From Candidatus Latescibacterota bacterium (GTDB taxonomy: Bacteria; Latescibacterota; UBA2968; UBA8231): a stretch of 64,000 bases of DNA. The stretch is taken from positions 5,549,567 to 5,613,566 of the forward strand of contig CBDETK010000013.1 in the NCBI GenBank assembly GCA_965242865.1, given 5' to 3'. Each line of letters begins with the position of its first letter. Position 1 is the stretch's first letter. Made by a program: the position numbers and the translations under genes. Below are positions 1 to 8,954 of this stretch, in pieces. Below the pieces are notes generated by a model. The model saw nothing but the letters and a program-made list of their open reading frames with translations. It was not told where the DNA came from and ran no database searches.

Positions 1-1535
1 AACCAGTAGTGTAGATTGACCCCGCCGTAGGTGTACGCGATGGAAAGGACCGTCCAAGCGGACGTGACCAAGCTCACGGCAATGGCCAGGAGCAACGCCC
101 AAAAGAGCGGCGGTCGGCGCGTCCCAACAACCTCGGCCAGCCGGGTGCTGTTGGCCGCGGCCGCCATGACGGTCGTGCGAATGTCCCCGGCCCAGCCGTT
201 GGCAAACCCGAGCACCGTCAGCCCTTGCGGCCCAATGGGCGCGGTGCCCAGCGCATTGATCGCAAAGGCGGTGGGCGTCATCTGCGCTCGGCCATACCCC
301 ATGCCTCCCTCGGCGACGATGCGCGTCAAACCGACGAAGACCACAAAGGCGATGGCGAGCAACAGCAGGGCCGCTCCCACCGGCAGTCCCGCGCTTTTTA
401 GCCACACTACCGCGTAGAGGAAGGCCCCGAGCAGGAGCCACACGGCCTTGCGGTAGGAGAGCATCGTCCCCGCGTCCGCCCGCGGTTCCCTTTTCCACGC
501 CCCGACGACGATTCTTTTGAGGTGCCGCCGAGCGGTCCACAAGCAGGCCGCGACCAGGGCGATCAACGCCCCCATGGCCTGCTGGGCGGTTGCGATGGAC
601 CCTTCGGTGTGCATCAGCCGAATTTCTGCAATGCTGAAGCCGAGGGTGTTGAAAAGGCCCAACTGGAAGAAGTTGAGCAAGTAGAAAAACCACAGACTAA
701 AGGAGACCTCTAGGCTCAGGAAGTACGTCAGGCCGAGGACGATAAACCACAAGTTGAACAAGACGCCCCGCATATCGTGAAACACGGTCAGTTGGGTTGA
801 CAGCTCAATGGGGGGAACAAAGGGATAGTACTTGTGCAGGGCATTGATTCCCAATAGGACGAAGGGAATGGCAAATCCCAACCACATCAGCGGTTCCTTG
901 AGAAAGGGATTGACCGCTGAGGGCCGGTCGTCCTCGTGGATCATGTACAGGGGCAACTGGACGAGCGGAAAGATCAAGCGCTCGTTGCGGGCCCATTGTT
1001 CGTGGAGCAGGGCCGACAGGGCGATCATCATCAAATAGAGCGCGACCAAAAAGGAAGCCCACGCCAGCAGGGGCACCAACCACGCGCCCCAAGGGATGGC
1101 CGCCTCGTGGGGCAGCCCTTCGTAGAAGTACTTGATCGCCATTGGGTCTTGCGGCGCCAGCCACGGCTGGATGTACGGGTGGAGCAGCTCGGCCCAGTTG
1201 TTTTCGGGCGTCGCGTAGTAATAGACGCCGGCCAAAAAGGGGACCAATTGAGCCGTGACCCCGGTGGAGGGAATGGCCGAAGCCGCGATCATCATGGCGT
1301 AGATCACCACCAACTCCCGGGCCGACAAGCTCCACTGGCGTCCGATCCACTTGAGCGGAATGTTCACCAACAGCAGGAGAAAGAGGAGGAAGATCGCGCT
1401 CAGGGCGATGAAATCCCCGGTCCAATCGAGGGTTCCCATCACCAAGAGGCCGTAGGGAAAAACCGCGTTGATCGCCACGGCCATCAACGCGCCGACGAAC
1501 AAGGCCCGATTGTCGCTGGCGACGAATGGGTTCAT
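1..1535 (-). CDS. Polytopic membrane protein, DUF6785-like (putative transporter); runs off the left edge
   Basis: Missing from the ORF track because it has no stop inside the window. Manual translation from ATG 1535: MNPFVASDNRALFVGALMAVAINAVFPY...ELVVIYAM...YYYATPENNWAELLHPYIQPWLAP...FYEGLP...IPWGAWLVPLLAW...QWARNERLIFPLVQLP, with many TM helices. ATGA overlap with the upstream stop. Confidence 0.75.
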   Translation of the reverse strand, partial: MNPFVASDNRALFVGALMAVAINAVFPYGLLVMGTLDWTGDFIALSAIFLLFLLLLVNIPLKWIGRQWSLSARELVVIYAMMIAASAIPSTGVTAQLVPFLAGVYYYATPENNWAELLHPYIQPWLAPQDPMAIKYFYEGLPHEAAIPWGAWLVPLLAWASFLVALYLMMIALSALLHEQWARNERLIFPLVQLPLYMIHEDDRPSAVNPFLKEPLMWLGFAIPFVLLGINALHKYYPFVPPIELSTQLTVFHDMRGVLFNLWFIVLGLTYFLSLEVSFSLWFFYLLNFFQLGLFNTLGFSIAEIRLMHTEGSIATAQQAMGALIALVAACLWTARRHLKRIVVGAWKREPRADAGTMLSYRKAVWLLLGAFLYAVVWLKSAGLPVGAALLLLAIAFVVFVGLTRIVAEGGMGYGRAQMTPTAFAINALGTAPIGPQGLTVLGFANGWAGDIRTTVMAAAANSTRLAEVVGTRRPPLFWALLLAIAVSLVTSAWTVLSIAYTYGGVNLHYW

Positions 1536-4054
1536 TGGCGCGGCTGCCGACTGAGTTGCTCGGCCAGCAATCTGAAGAAATAGGCCGACGAGCTATCCGC
1601 GGGATTCGCCTGCAGGGCGCGCTGATAAGCCCTTGCTGCGGCCCGGTCGCGGTTTTGCAGCCGCATGATGTCTCCGGTTAGCGCGTGTTCTCCAGCCTTG
1701 AAGTACGCCTCCACCTGTTGCCGCACGGGAGCAGAGGGGGTCGTCAGCAGCGCCAGAGCCGAGGTGCGGTGCGGCGCCAAATCCTCCAATACCTCCCACG
1801 AGCCGCTGGCGTAGCCCCGCGGACTGACAAAGCTGATGTGGGGATGGTCGTCGGTGTTGAGCGGGCCCTCGCCCACATAGCGTCGCAGGGCGCGCTCGTC
1901 CAGCACGAGGCTGTTCAAGAGCGCGAACACATCCCCCAAGTCGATGTTCTCCAAGCTGCGCTGCACCCGCCGCGGCGTCATGTTCTCTCGGAGCCGCTCC
2001 CAATCAATCGCCAGCGGCTGCATGGTTCCCACCATGATCGAGTAGTTGTTTGAGTGCCACAAGGTGGCGTGGGGAAAGACTCGCTGAAAGGTCCGCACAA
2101 TGGTCTTGTAGTCGTCGGGAGGCAGGCCGTGAAAGGGCAGCCACTGCGCCATGATCCCGTCGGCGCTCAGGTGGGCGCGGCACAGCTCGTAAAACTCCTT
2201 GGTGTAGAGCACCCAGCTGTCGGCACTCGTCGGATGGGTGGCGTCCCCGGTGATGACTTGGTAGGTGTCGCGGCTGGAGCGCAGAAAGTTGCGGCCATCG
2301 TCGATCACCAGTTCGACATTCCACGCCGTCGGATTCTCCAAGACGTGGTGATTAAATTCGCCAAAGTGCGACCGGGCCGCGTCGATCACCTCCGGCACCA
2401 ACTCAACGCAGGTGATGCGTCGCGGCTCGTACTGGGCCGCGGCCCCCAAGGCGATGCCGCCGCCCAAGGAGACGACCAACACCGCTTGCGGGTCGGGATG
2501 CAGGAGCAGGGGCAGATGGCCCAGCAGGCGGAAAATTTGCAGGGAGCTGTAATCGGTCGGCACCTGCCCGCCTCCATTGAGGGCCATTTTGCGGAAGCCA
2601 TCGGTTTGTCGCTCAACCGTGATGACGCCTTCGGCCCCCTCTTGGTAAAACACCAACTCTCGGTTGGCGGCCGCTGGCTCGGCAATGCGCCGCAGCACAT
2701 CCGAGGGGACTAAGACCAGCAGCAGGGCCAAACCGGCCGCCCCACTCCAGACCCGCCACTGGCGTTGCTGGCTAACTAGGGCGACGGTTAGGCCCACCAA
2801 GCCATTCAGCCCCGCCAAGACCTTGACGCTCCACTCGGTCCCCAGCAGCGGAATCAGCACAAACCCCGTCGCAAAGGCCCCCCCAACCGCGCCCAAGCTG
2901 TTGACCGCACCTATATCCCCGATGCCGCGCCCTAGACTCGTTAGGTGTCGCGTGTAGATTTGGCCGACCAGCGGAAAGATACCCCCCATCGCCAAGGTCG
3001 GCGGCAACATGATGGCAACGGCCGTAAAAAACACCCCGGCCCTCGACACCCACCACGAGTCCGCCCGCTGGATCGGCTCCACGAGCGCGGGTACATGGGC
3101 AAAGGCCAACACGGACAGGGCGCCGCACGCGCCGATCAAAAACTGGCCCCAGACAAAGAGCGACAGCAGGTTGACCGGCCGCGTAAGCAGCCGACTGCCC
3201 AGCCATCCTCCCGCGGCCAGTCCACTCAAAAAGGCCACCAAGACGATGCTGAACTCGTAGTGCGAATTAAAGGAAAAGCTCACCATCAAGAGCCGCATCC
3301 ACGCCACTTCGTAGCCGAGCGCGGCAAAACCGGAGAGCGCGAAGCCGGCCAATACGCCCCACAGGACGCGGTTGGAGTGCGCGGTCTTTTTTACCGCCTC
3401 CTCAACGCCGACAGCTCGTTGGCTCCCCCACAGCCAAGCCGCGACCGCCACCGAGAAATTGACCGCGGCGATGGCTTGGGTCGTTCCCCGCAGCCCCAGC
3501 CCTTCCATCAGGCCGAAGGTCGCGGCCAACACGCCGACGACCGCCCCTAGCGTGTTGACCGCATAGAGTTGCCCGACCCGACCGCCCACCCGGCCCAGCC
3601 GCCGCACCGCAAATTTGGCCGCGACCGGCAGGGTCCCCCCCATCAGGGCCGTGGGGATCAAGAGCAGGGCAAAGCACAGGCCGAAGCGGGCCAAGGAAAA
3701 GAGATAGAAGTTCCCCTGTAACCCCACCAAAGCTCCGTAGGCAGTGCCCAAGTTCGCACTCATGCTGGGAAAGAGCAGGGCAAAGAGACCAATGCCGACT
3801 TCTAGCGCGGCAAAAACCCGCAGCGGGTGCTTGCAGCGGTCAATGCGCCGCCCCAACACATAGCTGCCCAAGGCCAGCCCCGCCATGAAGGCGCTGAGCA
3901 CGGTGCTAGTCGCCAGTAGGGTGGTGCCGAAGACGACGGTCAGCATCCGCGCCCACACGACCTGATAGACTAAACTGCTAACCCCCGAAAAAAAGAACAG
4001 GACCAAGAGGACCTTTTGTTCAGACCGCTCCAAGTCCCGGTCGCGTTCTTCCAC
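1532..4054 (-). CDS. Fused multi-TM membrane domain / spermidine-synthase-like SAM-dependent domain with C-terminal TPR
   Basis: FFFSGVSSLVYQVVWARML, LYAVNTLGAVVG, SLGGGI, CVELVPEV, DDGRNFL, LYTKEFY. Start moved to GTG 4054 (TTG 4033 also possible) because the ORF-track N-terminus runs through repeats and a MITE. Confidence 0.85.
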   Translation of the reverse strand: MEERDRDLERSEQKVLLVLFFFSGVSSLVYQVVWARMLTVVFGTTLLATSTVLSAFMAGLALGSYVLGRRIDRCKHPLRVFAALEVGIGLFALLFPSMSANLGTAYGALVGLQGNFYLFSLARFGLCFALLLIPTALMGGTLPVAAKFAVRRLGRVGGRVGQLYAVNTLGAVVGVLAATFGLMEGLGLRGTTQAIAAVNFSVAVAAWLWGSQRAVGVEEAVKKTAHSNRVLWGVLAGFALSGFAALGYEVAWMRLLMVSFSFNSHYEFSIVLVAFLSGLAAGGWLGSRLLTRPVNLLSLFVWGQFLIGACGALSVLAFAHVPALVEPIQRADSWWVSRAGVFFTAVAIMLPPTLAMGGIFPLVGQIYTRHLTSLGRGIGDIGAVNSLGAVGGAFATGFVLIPLLGTEWSVKVLAGLNGLVGLTVALVSQQRQWRVWSGAAGLALLLVLVPSDVLRRIAEPAAANRELVFYQEGAEGVITVERQTDGFRKMALNGGGQVPTDYSSLQIFRLLGHLPLLLHPDPQAVLVVSLGGGIALGAAAQYEPRRITCVELVPEVIDAARSHFGEFNHHVLENPTAWNVELVIDDGRNFLRSSRDTYQVITGDATHPTSADSWVLYTKEFYELCRAHLSADGIMAQWLPFHGLPPDDYKTIVRTFQRVFPHATLWHSNNYSIMVGTMQPLAIDWERLRENMTPRRVQRSLENIDLGDVFALLNSLVLDERALRRYVGEGPLNTDDHPHISFVSPRGYASGSWEVLEDLAPHRTSALALLTTPSAPVRQQVEAYFKAGEHALTGDIMRLQNRDRAAARAYQRALQANPADSSSAYFFRLLAEQLSRQPRQ

Positions 4055-4112
4055 GCTGAATGCTCTGGTTAGTGGTTGGTGGTTAGTGGCCTTACTGCTT
4101 GTTCCCGTTGCG

Positions 4113-4167
4113 CCTGGGATCGAGGGCGTCCCGCCCTCGACGAGGGCAAGATGCCCTCGATCCCGGG
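4113..4167. repeat. Nested double-hairpin REP-like element
   Basis: cctgggatcgagggcgtcccgccctcga-cgagggcaagatgccctcgatcccggg: two CGAGGGC..GCCCTCG hairpins inside an outer GGGATCGAGGGC/GCCCTCGATCCC inverted repeat. Confidence 0.7.
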
Positions 4168-4176
4168 AGGCTCTAA

Positions 4177-4310
4177 GAAGCGTTCTTAAAACTAGGGTTT
4201 CGGTCTCTGATTCGGCTTGGTCCTTTGCTGGATTCCCGCTTGCGCGGGAATGACCGTACGAGTCGTCATGCAAGACTAGCCAAAAGCAACATGAGTTTTA
4301 AGAACGCTTC
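4177..4310. mobile_element. 134-bp MITE with IS5(IS1031)-type ends carrying a REP
   Basis: Perfect 17-bp TIR gaagcgttcttaaaact (4177-4193) / agttttaagaacgcttc (4294-4310); TAA on both flanks (4174-4176, 4311-4313); TIR resembles that of the IS5 at 49105. Confidence 0.8.
4230..4254. repeat. REP palindrome GGATTCCC-N8-GGGAATGAC
   Basis: ggattcccgcttgcgcgggaatgac; other copies at 11928, 62378, 62428. Confidence 0.85.
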
Positions 4311-6262
4311 TAAGGTTCCTCGGCGGTGAGTCGCTGGTTGGTCTGGATCGGGCCGTCCCAGGTCTGCACCTGACCCGAGGGCCAGCGCACCGTTAGGCGA
4401 TCCACCGCCGTCGCCGTCCCCAAGCCAAAGTAGAGTCCCCAAGCACTCTGCGACAGATACCCGGACTGCCCATCCTGCACTTGGGTATATACCTGATCCC
4501 CGGCTCGTACTGCGACCACTGCGCCCAACCCATCTCGGTTCGACGATTTCCCCACCAGCACCACTTCCAAGTAGCGCAACTCCGTCTGCCGCTGACTTAG
4601 GTCGCTGAGCAAGACCTGCGGCACGCCATTGAACTCGTTGGTCACAATGTCGAGATCGCCATCGCCCTCCACGTCGAACAGCGCGGACGAGCGCGTCCCC
4701 AAAGCGCCGTACACCAGCAAGCCGCCCTGTTGGCCCTCGCAGTTTTTGTGCTCCCGATCCGCCCCATCGCAGTCGAGGGCGAACCACGGCTGCGCGGTCC
4801 GACCGTGGCGGCGCGGCTCCACCCCTAAGACGAACTCGCTGTCGAGGAAACCGCGCCCTCGGTCGTTGAGCAAGACGGTGTTGATGCCGTAGCGAAAGGG
4901 GTAATTCATGCTCGCCGCCACGAACACATCCTGCCAGCCATCGGCGTTGAGATCGCCGCTGCTCACCCCCCACGGCCAATAATTCTCCGCGCCGATTAGG
5001 TCGGAGATTTCTTCAAACCGCCCCTCGCCTATATGGTGGTAAAAGGCGTTGCCGAAGATGCTCTGCCCGTCGCTCCGCAAAAAATCTTCTGGATACTGCA
5101 TGTACGCCTTGAGCTTTTCGTCCCAAGGCCCGACCGGCTGACTCATGTCGGAGTGCATGTCCGAGATGAAGAGATCCAGCCGGCTGTCGTTGTCGTAGTC
5201 GAGGGCCTTGATCCCCATCGCTCCCCACGGCGTTTTGGGGAACAGCACCCGGCTCTTTTTAATGAAATGCTGCCCGGCCGCGTTTTCGTAGTAGGCGTCG
5301 TGCCCCTGCATGTTGAGCACGTAGAGGTCCTGCCAGCCGTCGCCGTTGAAATCCACCGGACTGGCGTCGCCCGACCAGCTCGAATCCAACAACCCCACTT
5401 GGCGGGAGACCTCGGCGAACACCCGCTGCCCCAGATTTTTGAACAACGCGCTCTGCTCGGCGCGCTCGGGCTTCAAATGCCCAGAGAAGGCATCCTTGAA
5501 ACCTCGGTAGTACTGATAGGTCGCCCCCTCCTCCAGCCGCGTGGGATCGACCGCGGCCGTCCGCTTTTCGTCTTGGGTGTAGATTCCCACATTGGTCACA
5601 AACAGGTCTAGCAACCCATCGTTATCGTAGTCGAAGAACTCACCGGACGACGAGTGCGCCTGCCAGCCCGTGCCCGAATGCTCGGTTGCGTCCTCAAAGC
5701 GGCCAGCCCCGTCGTTGACCAAGAGCCGATTGCCCAACCGCACCGCGGTCGCGTACAGATCGATGTCGCCGTCGTTGTCAATGTCGCCAAACGACGCGCT
5801 GACCCCGATCCGGTCGGCCAGCTCCAGACTCGACGTAGTGTGGTTTGCAAACCGCGCTCCCCCGAGATTGCGCCACAACTGATTGCTGCCCACTTGGGTC
5901 GTAAAGTAGAGGTCGTAGCGTCCATCGCCATCCACGTCCCCCACCGCCAGCCCATTGCCGTGGTCGTAGTGGACCGGGATGTGGTCCTTGCCCGAATCCG
6001 CCACCACCCGATTGCGAAACGCAATGCCGCTGGCTGCGAGTTGGTCGGTAAAGGAGAAATCGCAAAAGACCGCGTAGGCTTGGGCGGCCTCCAACTGGGC
6101 TTGCTGGCGACGCGCCAACCAAGGAGGCTCGACGATGGCGGCCGGCTCGGGAAAGGGCTTGAGCAGGGTTGCCGACCGGTCGGATTCAGCGCGGGCAATG
6201 GTTGAGGGAGCGAGCGCGAGAATGCACAGCGCAGTGAGAAAAGCCGCCTGACAATTGGACAT
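4310..6262 (-). CDS. Secreted CRTAC1/ASPIC-UnbV family FG-GAP repeat protein
   Basis: Signal peptide after ATG 6262; repeated DxDxDG motifs (GDVDGDGRYDLY, DYDNDGLLDLFV); C-terminal SNRDGLGA..GYLSQS..LYFGLG..VRWPSG. Confidence 0.88.
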   Translation of the reverse strand: MSNCQAAFLTALCILALAPSTIARAESDRSATLLKPFPEPAAIVEPPWLARRQQAQLEAAQAYAVFCDFSFTDQLAASGIAFRNRVVADSGKDHIPVHYDHGNGLAVGDVDGDGRYDLYFTTQVGSNQLWRNLGGARFANHTTSSLELADRIGVSASFGDIDNDGDIDLYATAVRLGNRLLVNDGAGRFEDATEHSGTGWQAHSSSGEFFDYDNDGLLDLFVTNVGIYTQDEKRTAAVDPTRLEEGATYQYYRGFKDAFSGHLKPERAEQSALFKNLGQRVFAEVSRQVGLLDSSWSGDASPVDFNGDGWQDLYVLNMQGHDAYYENAAGQHFIKKSRVLFPKTPWGAMGIKALDYDNDSRLDLFISDMHSDMSQPVGPWDEKLKAYMQYPEDFLRSDGQSIFGNAFYHHIGEGRFEEISDLIGAENYWPWGVSSGDLNADGWQDVFVAASMNYPFRYGINTVLLNDRGRGFLDSEFVLGVEPRRHGRTAQPWFALDCDGADREHKNCEGQQGGLLVYGALGTRSSALFDVEGDGDLDIVTNEFNGVPQVLLSDLSQRQTELRYLEVVLVGKSSNRDGLGAVVAVRAGDQVYTQVQDGQSGYLSQSAWGLYFGLGTATAVDRLTVRWPSGQVQTWDGPIQTNQRLTAEEP

Positions 6263-6401
6263 GTTATCGCAATCTCGTGAGAAGGGCGTCAAGAAAGCGG
6301 CATTTACCCGCTCTGTCAAGAGAGTGCGCCTTGCCGCCCCGTCGGCGCGTTGGATATTATGGAACGCTCGCAAAGCCAATGTCCCGAAGCCTTCACACGC
6401 C

Positions 6402-8939
6402 ATGGTCCGCCCTCGTCTTCTCCTGCTGCTCCTGCTGGTTCCGCTGCCCGCGACTGCCCAATACGAAGTGACCATAGAAGGCAAAGCCTACCAACTCGTG
6501 CTCGCCCGCGATCTCGTCGCGGCCATCCAACGCGCCCCGGCCGATACCGTCCTCGAATACAATCGCCTCGTGGTGCAGGGGCCGCTCGACTGGACCGGCC
6601 ACACCCTGAGCGCGGCCCTCGCCTTTGCGGATGTGCGCTTTACCGGCCCCGTAGTCTTAGAACGCGCCGTTTTTCTCCAGCCGATGCACTTTGTTCGCGC
6701 CCATTTTGAGCAGGGGCTCTCCCTGCTTGAAACCCGCCTCAACCGCGGGTTTTCTTGCCGCGACTGCCGCATAGAGGGCCAAGCCAATTTCAACCGGACC
6801 TTGCTCGCCGATACCGTGGATTTTTCGGCCACCCAGTTTTCGGCTGCGGCCCTTTTTCAGCAGACCCACTTTGGCGGCGCAACCACCTTTGAACGCGCCA
6901 AATTTGAGGGCGCGACCTATTTCGACCGGGCCACCTTCGCCCGCGCCGCCCTTTTTCGGGATGCTTCCTTTGCCGACTTGGCTTCCTTCAAAGAAGCGGT
7001 GTGGCAATCGACCGCGTCCTTTGCCGGGGCTCGCTTTGGCGCGGACGCCCTGTTCGCGCAAACCCGCTTTGCCAACCCCGCTGCGTTCGCCTCGGCTTAC
7101 TTTGGCGGCGCAGTTCACTTCGAGCGCGCTGATTTCGCGGCTGCGGTCACCTTCCGCCGCGCTGTCTTTGGCGGTCCGGCTCGCTTTGGCGGTGCCCACT
7201 TTCGCGCCGCAGCGTTCTTTGGCGACAGCCGCTTCAAGCGGGCGGCCACCTTTGCTGGCGCGACCTTTGCCCGGCCTTTCCAGCCCAGTGCCGACTTTAG
7301 CGTCGCCCCGGACTTAGCCGATGTGACCGCTCCGCTCATCAAGGTCGCAGTCCGCCCGATTCCACCGCTGGCCCCGGCCGCCCCTAGCTGCGACCCGATT
7401 CAGTTGGCCGATGTCACCCAAGCGGCCGGCCTCAACTTTGAGCACTACAACGGCTTTTCGGGCGAATACTACTACGTCGAAACCTTTGGCGCCGGGGCGG
7501 CGTTCCTCGACGCGGATGGCGATGGCTGGCTCGATCTCTATCTGGTCAACGGCGCGCCCCTGAGCGGCGAACGCCCCGACCCAATTCCCGTCAATCGCCT
7601 GTACCGCAACACGGGGGCCGGCGGTTTCGCGGATGTGACCGCGGGCTCGGGGACCGGGCACCCCGGCTACGGCATGGGCTGCACGGCCGGCGACTACGAC
7701 GCCGATGGGGACGTGGACCTCTACGCGACCAACGTTGGCCCCAACCTCTTGCTGCGCAACGAGGGCCATGGGCACTTTGCCGATGTGACCGCGGCGGTCG
7801 GCGGGGGCGATGCTCGGTGGGGCACCAGTTGCGGCTTTCTAGACTACGACCTCGACGGCGATTTGGATCTCTACGCGACGAACTACGTAGAATTTGACCG
7901 GCAAAAAAACAGGGTCTGCGCTGAGGGCGGAATCCGCTCCTATTGCGAGCCAAAATTTTACGAGCCGGTCCGCGATGTGCTCTACCGCAACGAGGGCGGC
8001 CAATTCCGCGATGTGGCGTCCGCGGCGGGAATCACCCACGAGGGGCGCGGCTTGGGCGTGGCGTTCTCGGATTACGATCTCGACGGCGACACCGACCTGT
8101 ACGTGGCCAACGACGGCACCATGAATTTCCTCTACCAAAACCAAGGAGGGCGCTTTGCCGAGGTCGGCCTCTACGCCGGCGGACGCTACAACGAGGACGG
8201 CTTGGCCGAAGCCGGCATGGGGGTAGAGTTTGGGGATTGGGACAACGACGGCTTCCAAGATATTTTCGTAACCAACTTCGCCCACGAGACCAATACCCTG
8301 TACGGCAACGATGGGCAGGGGCAATTCTACGACATCACCCAACGCGCCGGCCTAGCCGAGTGCAGCTACAAACCGCTGGGCTTTGGCACCAATTTCCTCG
8401 ACTACGACAACGACGGCGACCTCGACCTCTTTGTCGCCAACGGCCACGTCATGGACAAAATCGCTCAGGTCCACCCGGACCACGCTTACCCGCAGCCCAA
8501 TCAGGTGCTGTGCAACCAGCGGGGAATCCGCTTTGCCGAGGTCGCTGCTGGGGGCCTTCCCGCGCTCGCGGCCGCAGCCGTAAGCCGCGCTTCGGCCACG
8601 GCCGATTACGACAACGACGGCGACCTCGACCTGCTGGTGACCAATGTCGCTGCTGTCCCCAACCTCCTGCGCAACGACCGAGGCAACCGCCAGCACTATC
8701 TGACGATTCACTTGGAAGCTCTCGGAACCCGCGTCGCGGTGACAGCCGGTGGGCAGTGCCAAGTCAAGGAATACCAGTCGGGCGGTAGCTATCTTGCGAG
8801 CAGCGACCCTCGGCTCCACTTTGGCCTAGGAGCGGCCACCTCGGCCACGGTCCAAATTCACTGGCCCGACGGCACGGTGCAGATCATGGAAAAAGTGGCG
8901 GCCAATCAGATCATCTCCATAATTCAATCCAAACCCTGA
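6402..8939 (+). CDS. Secreted pentapeptide-repeat + CRTAC1/ASPIC-UnbV FG-GAP fusion protein
   Basis: ATG 6402 with signal peptide; about 200 aa of AxFxxAxF pentapeptide repeats; then DADGDGWLDLY-type repeats and SGGSYLASSDPRLHFGLG. Confidence 0.85.
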   Translation: MVRPRLLLLLLLVPLPATAQYEVTIEGKAYQLVLARDLVAAIQRAPADTVLEYNRLVVQGPLDWTGHTLSAALAFADVRFTGPVVLERAVFLQPMHFVRAHFEQGLSLLETRLNRGFSCRDCRIEGQANFNRTLLADTVDFSATQFSAAALFQQTHFGGATTFERAKFEGATYFDRATFARAALFRDASFADLASFKEAVWQSTASFAGARFGADALFAQTRFANPAAFASAYFGGAVHFERADFAAAVTFRRAVFGGPARFGGAHFRAAAFFGDSRFKRAATFAGATFARPFQPSADFSVAPDLADVTAPLIKVAVRPIPPLAPAAPSCDPIQLADVTQAAGLNFEHYNGFSGEYYYVETFGAGAAFLDADGDGWLDLYLVNGAPLSGERPDPIPVNRLYRNTGAGGFADVTAGSGTGHPGYGMGCTAGDYDADGDVDLYATNVGPNLLLRNEGHGHFADVTAAVGGGDARWGTSCGFLDYDLDGDLDLYATNYVEFDRQKNRVCAEGGIRSYCEPKFYEPVRDVLYRNEGGQFRDVASAAGITHEGRGLGVAFSDYDLDGDTDLYVANDGTMNFLYQNQGGRFAEVGLYAGGRYNEDGLAEAGMGVEFGDWDNDGFQDIFVTNFAHETNTLYGNDGQGQFYDITQRAGLAECSYKPLGFGTNFLDYDNDGDLDLFVANGHVMDKIAQVHPDHAYPQPNQVLCNQRGIRFAEVAAGGLPALAAAAVSRASATADYDNDGDLDLLVTNVAAVPNLLRNDRGNRQHYLTIHLEALGTRVAVTAGGQCQVKEYQSGGSYLASSDPRLHFGLGAATSATVQIHWPDGTVQIMEKVAANQIISIIQSKP

Positions 8940-8954
8940 TCCAAGGAGTTGCCG

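Noticed and set aside
4055-4273. N-terminal extension of the 913-aa ORF
   Set aside because: It translates through REP and MITE sequence; the family-like sequence starts near 4054.
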